Notes: a model not told the origin generated them from the sequence alone. Positions 19,891 to 30,503 are shown, counted from the stretch's first letter. The stretch is DNA of 64,000 nt from Eubacteriales bacterium (GCA_051867895.1 JBJDZH010000005.1:103487-167486), one strand, 5' to 3'. Numbers and translations: made by a program.

Positions 19891-20691
19891 TCAGCCGCTC
19901 GGCGCGGTGCGCTGTCGGCGCGCGTATTCCGCCGGCGTACATCCGCACGCGCGCCGGAACACGGCGATGAAGTAGCCCGCGTCCGAGAAGCCGCACTCTG
20001 CTGCCGTATTCGACACGCTTTCCCCCTGCCGCAGAAGCTGTTTCGCCTGATTGACGCGAACCTCGCTCAGAAAGCTGTGTACCGTCATCTGCGTGTACGC
20101 CTGAAAATCCCGGTTCAGCTTGTTCCGGTTTACCAGAAAGCGCCGCGCAAGCTCCGGTGTCGTCAGCGGCAGCGCACAGTTTTCACTGATATACCGCACG
20201 ACCTGCTGGATGTAATTTGGTTCCCCGCGCACAACGGCGCGCCCGGCGTCGCCCGCATAGCGGCACAACACGCACAGAATGAGCGAAAGCAGCAGTCTCC
20301 GCTCCGGCGCGTATCCGTTTTCCGGCGCAAGCCGCAGAAAATACGGCAGGATATACTGCGCTTCCTCTCCGCTCAGCGGCAAAATCCAGAAATCGGCGCC
20401 GGGGAGCGGCTCCTGCGCCGCCGCTTCGTCAAAATACAGCACATACCGCTCATACGGAAGCCCGGTGACGACGTTTGCCGCATGCATGGCGTAGGACGGC
20501 TCGAACACCACGCACGGGCCGTGTACCTCCGTTTCCGCGCCGTCGCGGCGCAGCTGCATGACCGTATCGCTCACGATAAACAGAAGCTCGCAGTGCGGAT
20601 GCAGATGCATATAATCCATTCTGCGCGGCGTCTCGTCCGATGTGTAGGACAAAACGATATCCCCTGTTTTCATGCAGTAGGTTGTCTTCAT
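19891..20691 (-). CDS. AraC-family transcriptional regulator
   Basis: 266 aa. Cupin-like N-terminal half and a C-terminal AraC HTH (AAECGFSDAGYFIAVFRRACGCTPAEYAR). Confidence 0.85.
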   Translation of the reverse strand: MKTTYCMKTGDIVLSYTSDETPRRMDYMHLHPHCELLFIVSDTVMQLRRDGAETEVHGPCVVFEPSYAMHAANVVTGLPYERYVLYFDEAAAQEPLPGADFWILPLSGEEAQYILPYFLRLAPENGYAPERRLLLSLILCVLCRYAGDAGRAVVRGEPNYIQQVVRYISENCALPLTTPELARRFLVNRNKLNRDFQAYTQMTVHSFLSEVRVNQAKQLLRQGESVSNTAAECGFSDAGYFIAVFRRACGCTPAEYARRQRTAPSG

Positions 20692-20844
20692 TTCTTCGCC
20701 CTCTTTCGTGCCGGTTTTCCGATTATCTTTGGCGCATTAGTGTGTTTTTTGACCGCTTTTGTGCCTTTTTTTCCATTATATCGAATTCTGACGCGTTTGT
20801 CAAGGACAAACATGGGGGAGTGGATGCAGGGGATGCGATACAGG

Positions 20845-21412
20845 GAAGGCGCGATACGGGGAACGGAACACAAGGGGGCTTTTTGAAAAAAGCCCCCTTT
20901 ACCCCCAAAAACTTTCATACGAAATACCCATCTAAGCACAGCGGAACCCACTCGCTACTCCTCCGGATACCGGAAAGCGCGCCAGAGTGCAGCGAAAATC
21001 GTCAGATCTCACTCCGCCCGCCCCGCTCGAAAAACACGTTCGCGCACGCGCTCCTTGTGTTTTTGATAAGGAGCGCCCCCATCTCCCCCCAGCCAAGGAG
21101 AGAGGGGTGCGGGGGAGATGAACTTCGGCGTATGAGATGGTCCTCTCCCCCGCATACGAGGCGTTCGTGATGAGACGCAGCGGCAAAAAAGCGCCACGAA
21201 GAGAACGCGCAGGGGATCCTTTTTCAAAAGGCTCCCCAAACCCCCGCAAAAACTTTCATACTGAAAAGCAGGGATATCGTATAGCTCAGCCAGTACGATA
21301 TCCCTGCTTTTGTCCGATAGTTTTTGAAGGGGGACTGTGCGACATTGCGCTCCGCGCAAGTCAGCGAGTTGTGCAAAGCGCAGCATGCGGAACTTTTGTC
21401 AAGAAGTTCTCC
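20845..21412 (+). repeat. Mosaic repeat cluster 6: forward core, then Z-A-B-P-B'-Q-A; overlaps the 3' end of the ROK gene
   Basis: Hairpin A at ~20872-20900. H1 at 21109-21153. P hairpin at 21264-21311. Q at ~21330-21380. The terminal A-type hairpin gcggaacttttgtcaagaagttctcccc (21387-21414) contains the ROK stop codon. Confidence 0.9.
21264..21311. terminator. P-module hairpin, a bidirectional intrinsic-terminator-like element
   Basis: aaaa-GCAGGGATATCGTA-tagctcagccag-TACGATATCCCTGC-tttt. Confidence 0.65.
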
Positions 21413-22373
21413 CCGGCACGTCCCTCTGCGCGTCTCCGGCGAACGCTATGGAAAGCGCCGCCATATCGCCGATCGCTTCGCCGAGGGCGGCGGGAACGAT
21501 CTCCGGGGCGCGGAGCGCCTCCGCTCGCAGTGTTTGCTCCATGGAAGGTCGCAAAAGCGCTTCACTGCGCGCGAAGATACTGCCGATCACGATCCGCTCC
21601 GGATCCAGAAGATCGGACAGGATCGCCAGCGTCCTGCCGAGCATCGCGCCGCTCGTCTCGTACACGCGGCGGCAGAACAAGTCTCCTTCCACCGCCAGCG
21701 CGGCAATGAGCGCAGCCGTCACGCCGTCCTCCCCGCCCGCACGGGAAAGAAGCGCCGACGCGCCCGCCTTATCCTCCCGCGCCATTTGCAGACCGAGACG
21801 TGCGATGCCGCCGCCCGAGCACCAGCCCTCGCAGCTGCCCGCCTTGCCGAAGCCGGACGGCCCGGCCGGCGTCAGCCGCACATGTCCGATCTCCCCTGCC
21901 GCGTCCGACGCGCCGCGGTAGAGCCGCCCGTCCAGGATCAGCCCGGCGCCGAGCCCCGTCCCGAACGTCAGAAACACCATGTTCCGCGTTCCGCGCCCCG
22001 CGCCGTATCTCCATTCCGCGACCGCGCACGCGTTCGCGTCGTTCTCCAGATACGCCGGAACGCCGAGGCGCTCCGTGATGAAATCCGCTGCGGGCACCTC
22101 GTCCCAGCCGGGCAGATTCGGCGGCGACAGGATCATCCCCTGCGCGCTCGACAGCGGTCCTCCCGAGGAGATCCCCGCTGCGCGCACGTCCGGGTTTCCT
22201 GCCGCGCGCAGCATTTCCGCGGCGGCGTCCGTGAGCGCGCCGAGCATGACGGACGGCGCGCTCTTTGTCGGAAAGCGGCGCTTGTCCAGCACGCGCAGCG
22301 CGCCGTCCTTTTCCTCACCGAGCGAAACGGCGCATTTCGTGCCGCCGATGTCAAATCCGACGCAGATGCTCAT
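21399..22373 (-). CDS. ROK-family sugar kinase
   Basis: 324 aa. N-terminal [15 protein letters not shown]-binding motif, ROK signature region and GHVRL...CxGxxGC-like segment. ATG 22373 overlaps the gyrA stop (ATGA). Confidence 0.85.
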   Translation of the reverse strand: MSICVGFDIGGTKCAVSLGEEKDGALRVLDKRRFPTKSAPSVMLGALTDAAAEMLRAAGNPDVRAAGISSGGPLSSAQGMILSPPNLPGWDEVPAADFITERLGVPAYLENDANACAVAEWRYGAGRGTRNMVFLTFGTGLGAGLILDGRLYRGASDAAGEIGHVRLTPAGPSGFGKAGSCEGWCSGGGIARLGLQMAREDKAGASALLSRAGGEDGVTAALIAALAVEGDLFCRRVYETSGAMLGRTLAILSDLLDPERIVIGSIFARSEALLRPSMEQTLRAEALRAPEIVPAALGEAIGDMAALSIAFAGDAQRDVPGRTS

Positions 22374-24904
22374 GCCTCCGTTTTCTCCTCTGCACCCGGC
22401 TCCGCGCCGTTTCCGGCGGCATCGCTTCCGGCGCCGTCCGAATCGCTCTCCTGCGCCGCGATGGCGATATTGCAGATCGAATCGTCCGTGCCGACTCTCA
22501 TGACGATAACACCCGCTGCCGTGCGTCCGTACACAGGAATACCCGCGGCAGGCGTGCGGATGACAGATCCGCTTTCAGTAATCATCATCACGTCGTCCGT
22601 ATCCGTCACGACGCCGATGCCGGCGAGTCTGCCGGTCTTGTCCGTCAGGTTGTGGCAGGTCACGCCCTGAATAGCGCGTCCCTTCGGTTCAAACGCCGAC
22701 GGCTCCATGCGCTTGCCGAAGCCGCCTTCCGTGATGGTCAGCAGCCTGTGCGTTTCATTCCACGATGCGTCGCGGTACAGCACCGCCGCGCCCGCCACCT
22801 CGTCGTCCCCGACGAGGCGGATGCCCATCACGCCGGACGCCGTGCGTCCCATCACGCGCACTCTCTCCTCCGCGAAGCGCGCCGCCTGACCGTCCTTCGT
22901 CGCGATCAGTACGTCCGCCGTTCCGTCCGTCTGCGCGACGAAGAGCAGCTCGTCGCCGTCTTCCAGCGTCAGGGCGATCTTGCCGCCCTTGCGGTTCGGA
23001 CGGAATTCGGAGAGATTCGTGCGCTTGATGGTTCCGCGCCGCGTCACCATCAGAAGCGTCTGCGCATCGCTGAAATCGTCGTCCACGGCGATCATGGCAG
23101 TCAGGCTTTCGCCCTGCTCCAACTCCAGCAGATTGACGATATTCGTCCCCTTTGCGGTCCGTCCCGCCTCGGGGATCGTGTACGATTTCCGCGCGAACAC
23201 ACGCCCGCGACTCGTAAACAGCAAAAGCGTTGCGTGACTGTGGACGACGGCGATCTTATCGATGAAGTCGTCCTCCTTCGTCGTCATGCCGATGACGCCC
23301 TTGCCGCCGCGGTTCTGCGCGGAATAGGTGTCGGCGGGCAGCCGCTTGATATAGCCCGCGCGCGTCAGCGTCACGACGCAGTCCTCGCGCTCGATCAGAT
23401 CCTCATAGACGATGTCGTCCTCCGCCTCCATCAGCGCCGTCCGGCGCGCGTCGGAGTAGCGCTCCTTGATGTCGAGCATCTCGTCCCGGATGATCTGCCG
23501 GATGCGGCCCTCGTCGGCGAGGATCGCCTTCAGATCGGCGATCGTCTTATACAGCTCCGCCAGATGCGCCTCGATCTTCTGCCGCTCCATGCCGGAGAGG
23601 CGGCCAAGCGTCATGGAAACGATGGCGGCTGCCTGCTCCTCGCTCAGGGAGAAGCGGTTCTGCAGATTCACTCTCGCCTCAGCGACGTCGGCGGATGCGC
23701 GGATGATGCGGATCACCTCGTCGATGTTGTCCACAGCGATCTTGTAACCCTCGTAGATGTGCGCCTCGCGCGTCGCGCGGTCGAGATCGAAGCGGACGCG
23801 GCGGGTGATGACGTCCTCCTGGAAGCGGATATATTCCGTCAGCAGCTGCTTGAGGTTCAGAACTTTCGGTTCCCCGCGCACAAGGGAAAGCATGTTGACC
23901 GCGCAGGTATCCTGCAGCTGCGTGTATTTGTAGAACTGATTCAGAATCAGCTGACCGTTCGCGTCGCGTCGGTATTCGATCACGATGCGCATGCCGCCTC
24001 TGCCGCTCTCGTCCCGGATCTCGGTGACGCCCTCGATGCGCTTTTCTCGCACCTGTTCCGCCATCGATTCGATGAGCATCGATTTGTTCACCTGATACGG
24101 GATCTCCGTGATGATGATGCGGTGGTGCTCCTCCTCGATCTTCGCCGTGGCGCGGACGAGGATGCGCCCGTGCCCCGTCATATACGATTCATAGATGCCG
24201 GCGGAGCCGTAGATGGCGGCGCCGGTGGGGAAATCCGGTCCCTTGATATACTGCATGATCTCGGGGATTGACGCGTCCGGATGCTCCATGAGGAAAATCG
24301 TGCCGTCGATGACCTCGCCGAGGTTGTGCGGGGGAATGTTTGTCGCCATACCGACGGCGATGCCGACAGAGCCGTTGACCAGCAGATTCGGAAAGCGGGA
24401 GGGAAGCACGGACGGCTCGTTTCTCGTGTTGTCGAAGTTGCGGTCCCAGCGGATGACATCCTTTTCGATATCGCGCACCATTTCGTCGGAGAGACGGGAG
24501 AGGCGCGCCTCCGTATAACGGTAGGCGGCGGCGCCGTCGCCGTCGACGTTGCCGAAGTTGCCGTGTCCCTCGATGAGCGGATAACGGAGCGAGAACGGCT
24601 GCGCCATACGGACCATCGTGCCGTAGACCGCCGCGTCGCCGTGCGGATGATAGCGTCCAAGAACGGCGCCGACAGTCGTTGCGGACTTGCGGAACGCCTT
24701 GTCCGCGGTGAGCTTGTCCTCGTACATGGTGTAGAGGATACGCCGTTGACCGGGTTTCATGCCGTCGCGCACGTCCGGCAGGGCGCGGGATACGATGACG
24801 GACATGGAGTATTCAATGAAAGATTTGCGCACCTCGCGCTCCATGTCGACGTCTATGATTTTCTGATCCGGAAATTCCAGAGGATGCGGTGTATTCTTAT
24901 CCAA
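22370..24904 (-). CDS. gyrA: DNA gyrase subunit A
   Basis: 844 aa. [29 protein letters not shown] and [10 protein letters not shown] (active-site Tyr) motifs, and a beta-pinwheel C-terminal domain. Confidence 0.97.
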   Translation of the reverse strand: MDKNTPHPLEFPDQKIIDVDMEREVRKSFIEYSMSVIVSRALPDVRDGMKPGQRRILYTMYEDKLTADKAFRKSATTVGAVLGRYHPHGDAAVYGTMVRMAQPFSLRYPLIEGHGNFGNVDGDGAAAYRYTEARLSRLSDEMVRDIEKDVIRWDRNFDNTRNEPSVLPSRFPNLLVNGSVGIAVGMATNIPPHNLGEVIDGTIFLMEHPDASIPEIMQYIKGPDFPTGAAIYGSAGIYESYMTGHGRILVRATAKIEEEHHRIIITEIPYQVNKSMLIESMAEQVREKRIEGVTEIRDESGRGGMRIVIEYRRDANGQLILNQFYKYTQLQDTCAVNMLSLVRGEPKVLNLKQLLTEYIRFQEDVITRRVRFDLDRATREAHIYEGYKIAVDNIDEVIRIIRASADVAEARVNLQNRFSLSEEQAAAIVSMTLGRLSGMERQKIEAHLAELYKTIADLKAILADEGRIRQIIRDEMLDIKERYSDARRTALMEAEDDIVYEDLIEREDCVVTLTRAGYIKRLPADTYSAQNRGGKGVIGMTTKEDDFIDKIAVVHSHATLLLFTSRGRVFARKSYTIPEAGRTAKGTNIVNLLELEQGESLTAMIAVDDDFSDAQTLLMVTRRGTIKRTNLSEFRPNRKGGKIALTLEDGDELLFVAQTDGTADVLIATKDGQAARFAEERVRVMGRTASGVMGIRLVGDDEVAGAAVLYRDASWNETHRLLTITEGGFGKRMEPSAFEPKGRAIQGVTCHNLTDKTGRLAGIGVVTDTDDVMMITESGSVIRTPAAGIPVYGRTAAGVIVMRVGTDDSICNIAIAAQESDSDGAGSDAAGNGAEPGAEEKTEA

Positions 24905-24960
24905 AACAGCTTCTCCGTTTCTGTGGTGAATTTTTCATAACGGCGATCCGAAAAAGCGCC

Positions 24961-25965
24961 TTACGCAATGCCGTCCAGCGGCGGGTACGCGCCGCCCGGC
25001 GTCGCGATCTTCCTGGATGCCGCGCGGGAAGCCGCCGCAAGGGATGCCTCCTCGCTCATGCCGCGCTCATACAGGCAGTACAGGAACGCGGCAAGGAACG
25101 TGTCCCCCGCGCCCTTCAGCGTCCGGATGCGCTCGACGCGCACCGACGGCGCAAAATACATCTCCCGTCCGCGGCACAGATACGCGCCGGCGGAACCGAC
25201 CGTTGTTAGAACCGCCGTTTCGCCGCCTGTCGTCACGCAGATCTCCGCCGCCGCTGCCGGCGCCTGTTCTTTTGTCAGACGTCTTTCCGTCAGAGCCGCC
25301 AGCTCATCCAGATTCGGCTTGATGTAATCCGGATGCGCCGCGACCGCGTGCCGCAGCGCGTCCCCGTCGCAGTCGCAGACTGTCAGGGCGCCGTGGAGGC
25401 GGCAGCAGCGGATCAGCTCCGCATATGTATTCTGCGGCATGTCGGACGGGATGCTCCCCGCTAAAACCACAATGGAGCGCTCGCCCGCCGCAGCGTTCTT
25501 TTTTATCAGGCGCGAGAGCAGCAGCCGCACCTTGGAAAGCAGTTCCGCCGTTTCAGACGCGGAGCGGATGCCCGCCGCGCCGGAGTTTCTTCCGTCGTCT
25601 GACTGCCTGTCGGAGGCGCTCCGCATCGGGGGATTATTGATCTCGCACTGACATCCGCCGGACGCCGTGTCCGGGGACACGATAGAAATATTAACTCTCG
25701 TGTCGGCGCTTGTCGCAATCACGCGGACTGCGACATCCTCGGCAAGCAGCAGGCTCCGGATCTTAGAGCCGGTGAAGCCGCCCAGAATGCAGACGGCGTC
25801 ACTCTCTCCTCCCAGCGCATGCAGCGCGCGGGAGACGTTGATGCCCTTTCCCCCGGGGGAAAAGGCGGCGTTCTCCGAGCGGTTCAGTCCGTCGGGGACG
25901 AGCGGACCCGCCAGATTGATGTTCATGTCCAGCGCCGGATTCAGCGTAACGGTTATGAATTTCAT
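24961..25965 (-). CDS. PfkB-family carbohydrate kinase (1-phosphofructokinase / tagatose-6-P kinase-like)
   Basis: 334 aa. TVTLNPALD...GGKGINVSRAL and C-terminal GAGDTFLAAF motifs. Contains a low-complexity insertion (NNPPMRSASDRQSDDGRNSGAAG). Confidence 0.8.
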   Translation of the reverse strand: MKFITVTLNPALDMNINLAGPLVPDGLNRSENAAFSPGGKGINVSRALHALGGESDAVCILGGFTGSKIRSLLLAEDVAVRVIATSADTRVNISIVSPDTASGGCQCEINNPPMRSASDRQSDDGRNSGAAGIRSASETAELLSKVRLLLSRLIKKNAAAGERSIVVLAGSIPSDMPQNTYAELIRCCRLHGALTVCDCDGDALRHAVAAHPDYIKPNLDELAALTERRLTKEQAPAAAAEICVTTGGETAVLTTVGSAGAYLCRGREMYFAPSVRVERIRTLKGAGDTFLAAFLYCLYERGMSEEASLAAASRAASRKIATPGGAYPPLDGIA

Positions 25966-26042
25966 GATGCTTTTTGATTTCCTTCTGAATTTCCTTCCGG
26001 AAAAATTTGATATTCTGACCGTATGCGTACAGCCTTGACGGC

Positions 26043-26070
26043 AGAAAACGGGGAAAGCGGCATTTCCCCG
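26043..26070 (-). terminator. Rho-independent terminator of the 26082 gene
   Basis: The reverse strand reads CGGGGAAA-tgccgc-TTTCCCCG followed by ttttctg. Confidence 0.65.
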
Positions 26071-26081
26071 CGCCGGGAGGA

Positions 26082-26771
26082 TTACTTCTTCTTTTTGCTA
26101 AGGATGATGCAGCCGGCGGCGGCAGCGGCAGCAGCCGCTGCGATCACGACTGCGGCATCCGCCGTCGGAACGCTGGCAGCAGGCTGCTGCGGCTGAGCTG
26201 CCGTTTCGGTGGGAGCTGCCGTCGTAACGGGAGCCGTTGTTTCCACCTTATCTTCAGTCAGAACCTTCATTTCCCAGAAAGTGAGCCATGCGTTCACCTT
26301 CACGCCGTCAAAGGTGTCATAAATGTTGTCGGAGGTATCCGTTTTGCCCCAGCAGTGCAGCTTGATGTATTTTGCATTGTGCGTCTTGTCGAAATCAAGA
26401 GCGGAATAGCCCTTCTCTTCCGTGGCGACCTTGGTATCACCGCGCTTGAAAGCGACGGTCCAGTTCTGGTTATCCGTAGAAACCGAAACCTCCACATCAT
26501 AGAAACGGGTATGTCCGTTAAACCAGGAAATATCCAGTCCCTTGACCGGGTATTCCTTGTCCAGCTCGACGATCACTTCCACGCCGTCGATGTCGTCCAC
26601 ATTGATCGACATACGGGTGTTCATATCCTCGTCAAAGCCATATTCAAGCGGATAGCCTTCCTGGAAAGCGGCGCTCGACATGTCCTTGATCTTCGCTTCA
26701 CCGGCGAAAACAGAGACGCTCATTGCCGCCGCAAGAAGGGCGGTCAGTGCGATTGCTGCGAATTTTTTCAT
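26082..26771 (-). CDS. Secreted discoidin (F5/8 type C / CBM32-like) domain protein with a Pro/Thr/Ala linker and C-terminal TM anchor
   Basis: 229 aa from MKKFAAIALTALLAAAMSVSVFA|GE (signal peptide). DISWFNGHTRFYDVEVSVSTDNQNWTVAF matches the discoidin pattern. The tail ...PTADAAVVIAAAAAAAAAGCIILSKKKK is a hydrophobic helix plus basic cluster. The track start at 26858 is upstream of the signal peptide. Confidence 0.65.
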   Translation of the reverse strand: MKKFAAIALTALLAAAMSVSVFAGEAKIKDMSSAAFQEGYPLEYGFDEDMNTRMSINVDDIDGVEVIVELDKEYPVKGLDISWFNGHTRFYDVEVSVSTDNQNWTVAFKRGDTKVATEEKGYSALDFDKTHNAKYIKLHCWGKTDTSDNIYDTFDGVKVNAWLTFWEMKVLTEDKVETTAPVTTAAPTETAAQPQQPAASVPTADAAVVIAAAAAAAAAGCIILSKKKK

Positions 26772-26883
26772 GATGATGTCTGCGTCCGGGGAGGCCGGAC
26801 GCATTCCTTTCCTGATTTTCTGCGGGAAAACGCCGCCTGCCGCCAAGGCTGCGCGCATACGGATGACAGCTGCGCCGTCGGTA

Positions 26884-28854
26884 TCAGATATCCAGAAACT
26901 GTGCGTATTTTGCGTTTTTCGCGATGAAATCGCGCCGCGGCTCGACCTTATCCCCCATCAGAAGGGAGAAAATCTCGTCGCAGGCGGATGCATCCTCGAT
27001 CGTCACGAGCTTGAGCGTCCGCTTCTCCGGATCCATCGTCGTATCCCAGAGCTGATCCGCGTCCATCTCGCCGAGACCCTTGTACCGTTCCGCCTCGATG
27101 CCGGAGCCGCCGCCCAGCTCTGCGATACAGCGGTCGCGCTCCTCGTCCGAGAAGGCGTACAACTCCTTTTTGCCGCCCCGCCGGTACACCTTATACAGCG
27201 GCGGCATCGCCAGATATACATGCCCCGTCTCGATCAGCGGTTTCATGTGCCGGAAAAAGAACGTCAGAAGCAGAATCTGGATGTGCTCGCCGTCCACGTC
27301 CGCATCGCTCATGATGATGATCTTACCGTAGCGCAGCCGGGCGAGGTCGAAATCCTCACCGATGCCGCAGCCGAGCGCCTGGATGATCGGCGTCAGCGAT
27401 ACATTGGAGTATACCTTGTCGAGGCGGGATTTCTCCACATTCAAAACCTTGCCGCGCATCGGGAGGATCGCCTGGAACTTGCTGTCGCGCGCGTCCTTGG
27501 CGGAGCCGCCTGCGGAATCTCCCTCGACGAGGTACAGCTCCGTCAGATCGACCCGCTTTTCGTTGCAGTCTGCCAGCTTGCCCGGCAGGGTGGATACGGT
27601 GTTCAGAGAGCTTTTGCGCGCGCTCTCCCGCGCCCGTCTTGCCGCCTCGCGTACGACGAACGCCGTCACGGATTTATCGGTGATGGCGCGTCCGACGGCG
27701 GGGTTTTCCTCCAGGTATTCCGCCAGCTTTGAGGAGACGATGCTCTCGACGACGGTACGCACCTCGGAATTGCCCAGCTTCGCCTTTGTCTGCGACTCAA
27801 ACTGCGCGTCCGGCAGCTTGACGGAAACGACGGCGCACAGTCCCTCGCGCACGTCCTCGCCGGAAAGATTTTTATCCTTTTCCTTGAGGGCGCCGGTTTT
27901 GCGCGCGTAGTCGTTGATGACCTTGGTCAGCGCGCTCTTGAAGCCGGTCTCATGCGTGCCGCCGTCGATGGTCGCCATATTGTTGGCGAACGTCACGATG
28001 TTTTCGTTGTAGGAATCGTTGTACTGCATGGCGACCTCGGCGGTGATGTCGCCCTTTTCCGCCTTCATGTAGATGACCTCGGGGTGGATCGGCTCAACGC
28101 CCTTCGCCGCGTTCATGTGTTCGACAAAGGAGCGGATGCCGCCCTCGTAGCAGAGGTCGTCCTCGCGGGGGATCCTGTTGCCGTCCTCATCCTCGATCCT
28201 ATAAGCGGAACGCTCGTCGCGCAGCGTGATGCGGACGCCCGCGTTCAGGAACGCCTGCTCCCGCATACGCTTGAGCAGCGTGTCGTAGTCGAACTCGATC
28301 GACTCGCGGAAAATCTCCGCGTCCGGCTTGAAACGCACGGTCAGACCGTGCCGCTCGCCGCAGCTGCCGAGGCACGTAAACGGACGGGTAATCTCGCCGC
28401 GCTCCATGCGCAGCGTGTATTCCTTTCCGTCGTGGCAATTGTCCACCTCCATCCATTCGGACAGAGCGTTGACGACCGACGCGCCGACGCCGTGCAGACC
28501 GCCGGAAATTTTGTATCCGCCGCCGCCGAATTTTCCGCCGGCGTGCAATACCATAAAGACGACCTCAAGCGTCGGGCGGTTTTCCTCGGCGTTGAAGCCG
28601 GAGGGAACGCCCCGTCCGTTGTCCGCGACAGAGACGCTGCCGTCGTCGTGCAGAACGACATGAACGGTGTCGCACCGTCCCGCCATCGCCTCGTCGATGG
28701 AGTTATCGACGATCTCATATACGAGATGATGCAGCCCGCGCGCACTGGTCGTGCCGATATACATGCCGGGACGCTTGCGGACGGCGTCCAGCCCCTTGAG
28801 CACCTGTATTTGCTCGTCTTCGTAGATTCCCGTGATATCGCTTTGATTTGGCAT
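26884..28854 (-). CDS. gyrB: DNA gyrase subunit B
   Basis: 656 aa. LEAVRKRPGMYIG-type motif (LDAVRKRPGMYIGTT), GHKL ATPase, and Toprim EGDSAGG and PLRGK(V)LNV motifs. Confidence 0.97.
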   Translation of the reverse strand: MPNQSDITGIYEDEQIQVLKGLDAVRKRPGMYIGTTSARGLHHLVYEIVDNSIDEAMAGRCDTVHVVLHDDGSVSVADNGRGVPSGFNAEENRPTLEVVFMVLHAGGKFGGGGYKISGGLHGVGASVVNALSEWMEVDNCHDGKEYTLRMERGEITRPFTCLGSCGERHGLTVRFKPDAEIFRESIEFDYDTLLKRMREQAFLNAGVRITLRDERSAYRIEDEDGNRIPREDDLCYEGGIRSFVEHMNAAKGVEPIHPEVIYMKAEKGDITAEVAMQYNDSYNENIVTFANNMATIDGGTHETGFKSALTKVINDYARKTGALKEKDKNLSGEDVREGLCAVVSVKLPDAQFESQTKAKLGNSEVRTVVESIVSSKLAEYLEENPAVGRAITDKSVTAFVVREAARRARESARKSSLNTVSTLPGKLADCNEKRVDLTELYLVEGDSAGGSAKDARDSKFQAILPMRGKVLNVEKSRLDKVYSNVSLTPIIQALGCGIGEDFDLARLRYGKIIIMSDADVDGEHIQILLLTFFFRHMKPLIETGHVYLAMPPLYKVYRRGGKKELYAFSDEERDRCIAELGGGSGIEAERYKGLGEMDADQLWDTTMDPEKRTLKLVTIEDASACDEIFSLLMGDKVEPRRDFIAKNAKYAQFLDI

Positions 28855-28958
28855 GGGTTTTTCCCTTCTCCTGCGTTTTTCCTGTATCGCTGTTCTATTC
28901 TTATATGGATAGGATTGACAAAATCCGGCTCACTTATGCCGGGGAGGGGCAGCGTATC

Positions 28959-29231
28959 TCATATACTCCCGCGCCCGCCGAGGGCGGACACGGACAGGTG
29001 CGAAAACACCACTGTCTCCGTGCGCGCACGCACTTTCTTTTTGCGGCGCGGCGGCGCGAGCAGCAGAAATGATTTCGGCAGATCCCGCCCCGCCATCACC
29101 GCGGCGCCCGCCTTTTCCGCGCGCCGCAGAAAGGACGCTGTGTCCGCCGTCGTGATCTTTCCATCGAGGTCAAAGATACCGACGATCTTTTCCGTGCGGA
29201 CGACCTCGCCCGCTCCCGCGTGCAGAAACAT
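28959..29231 (-). CDS. remB: DUF370 / RemB-like small protein
   Basis: 90 aa, in the conserved Firmicutes position just upstream of gyrB. The I(V)GIFDLD...T motif is typical of DUF370. Confidence 0.7.
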   Translation of the reverse strand: MFLHAGAGEVVRTEKIVGIFDLDGKITTADTASFLRRAEKAGAAVMAGRDLPKSFLLLAPPRRKKKVRARTETVVFSHLSVSALGGRGSI

Positions 29232-29246
29232 GGTCTTTTCCCGTCC

Positions 29247-30443
29247 TTATCTGCCGTTCATGCGCACCGGCATCACATAATCGAGGAACACGTCCTGATC
29301 CGTGTCCTTTTCCGCTTCCGAAGTCTCTCCGGGGATGTAGGCGCGTGAGCCGCTGCCGCTTGCATCCTCGATCGTCACGCCCATCATGGGACTGTTCATC
29401 CGCAGACGCAACTGCACAGCAGAGTCAGGCGCATTCCGCAGCGCCTCCACCAGGTACCGGCAGTTGAAGCCGATCACCAGATCCGCCCCCGTCTTTGCGA
29501 CCGGCAGCTCATCGTAGATGGAGCCGCCCGCCGAAACGGACGATATCTTGAGCACGTTTCCCACAAATTCCAGCTTCACGTGTGCGCGCGTGTTGCCGCC
29601 GAGCTTATCCTCGGTGACCAGCGTCGCGCGTTCCAGCGATTCGCGCAGTGCCTCCGCCGCGACGAAGACCTCCGTCTCGTGCGTTTTCGGAAGCATGCGC
29701 TTATAATCGATGTATTCTCCCTCGATCAGGCGCGTGAAATAAACATATTCGCCCAATCGGAAAATGATGTGCTTGCGCGCCAGCGTCACTGTCACGTCGT
29801 CCTCGGTGTCCTTCATCATGCGCAGTACCTCGCCGAGCAGCCTCCCCGGCACGATGACGGACGCCTCCGGATTGTCCTCTCCGGGCAGACAGACATGCGA
29901 GATGGCGACACGGTTGGAGTCACAGCCGATAACAAGGAGCCGGTCGTTTTCGATGCGGAAGTAAGCGCCATTGAAAATGGCGCGCTGGTCATTCGCGGCG
30001 ACGGCATAGATCGTGCGCGTCACCACGTCGCGCAGAAGATGCTGCGGCATCGTGTAGTTGCGGTCGCCCGCGAGCAGAGGAAGCTGCGGGAAGTTTTCGC
30101 CGGGCGTCACGATGATTTCAAAGGAGCTTTTCCCCTGCGAGATCGTGGCGCGGCAGCGCTCGTCCACACGGATGCTGATTTTTCCCTCCGGCAGAGCGCG
30201 CACGATCTGGAGCAGGTTCTGCGCCTTGACGACGATCCCGCCCTCCTCCCCGATATCGCACGGGATGGAGGTGCGCATGCCCTTTTCCATATCATAGGCA
30301 GTGATGCGGCAGGTGCCCGGCTCCTCGCCGGGACACTCAAGCAGCACGCCTTCGATGGCGGAGGCGGTGTTTTTGATCGACGCGATTCCCGCGGCGGGCG
30401 TGACGGCGGCAATCAGTGTATCGCGGTCAAACGTTACGTTCAT
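29247..30443 (-). CDS. dnaN: DNA polymerase III beta sliding clamp
   Basis: 398 aa from MNVTFDRDTLIAAVTPAAGIAS, with a three-domain clamp pattern, downstream of dnaA/oriC. The track start at 30593 runs through the AT-rich DUE. The C-terminal region has an acidic insertion (GETSEAEKDTDQD). Confidence 0.9.
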   Translation of the reverse strand: MNVTFDRDTLIAAVTPAAGIASIKNTASAIEGVLLECPGEEPGTCRITAYDMEKGMRTSIPCDIGEEGGIVVKAQNLLQIVRALPEGKISIRVDERCRATISQGKSSFEIIVTPGENFPQLPLLAGDRNYTMPQHLLRDVVTRTIYAVAANDQRAIFNGAYFRIENDRLLVIGCDSNRVAISHVCLPGEDNPEASVIVPGRLLGEVLRMMKDTEDDVTVTLARKHIIFRLGEYVYFTRLIEGEYIDYKRMLPKTHETEVFVAAEALRESLERATLVTEDKLGGNTRAHVKLEFVGNVLKISSVSAGGSIYDELPVAKTGADLVIGFNCRYLVEALRNAPDSAVQLRLRMNSPMMGVTIEDASGSGSRAYIPGETSEAEKDTDQDVFLDYVMPVRMNGR

Positions 30444-30467
30444 TTCGGTGTCCTTTCGGTGTCTCGG

Positions 30468-30503
30468 AAATATAAATAGATAAATAAAAATATAATAAGT
30501 TTT
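30468..30503. other. AT-rich DNA unwinding element (DUE) of oriC
   Basis: aaatataaatagataaataaaaatataataagttt is a 36-bp block with only 3 G and no C, in otherwise GC-rich DNA. It lies between dnaN and the DnaA-box cluster. Confidence 0.75.

Noticed and set aside
22265-24271. 668-aa + strand ORF, and similar long ORFs at 2269..3102(-), 5918..7132(+), 12755..14353(-), 16305..17831(-), 27952..29280(+), 29580..30479(+), 41832..43751(+), 47576..49396(+), 50724..51782(+), 56076..57242(+), 59127..60557(-), 61915..63366(-)
   Set aside because: All lie opposite genes with clear homology-type motifs (gyrA, the DUF6062-like gene, birA, paaK, rnr, gyrB, dnaN, the M23 gene, the WG-repeat gene, nifS, the S8 peptidase, the LarA-like gene, gnd). 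Stop-codon-poor antisense frames are expected in GC-rich DNA, and their Arg/Ala/Gly/His-rich translations show no domains.
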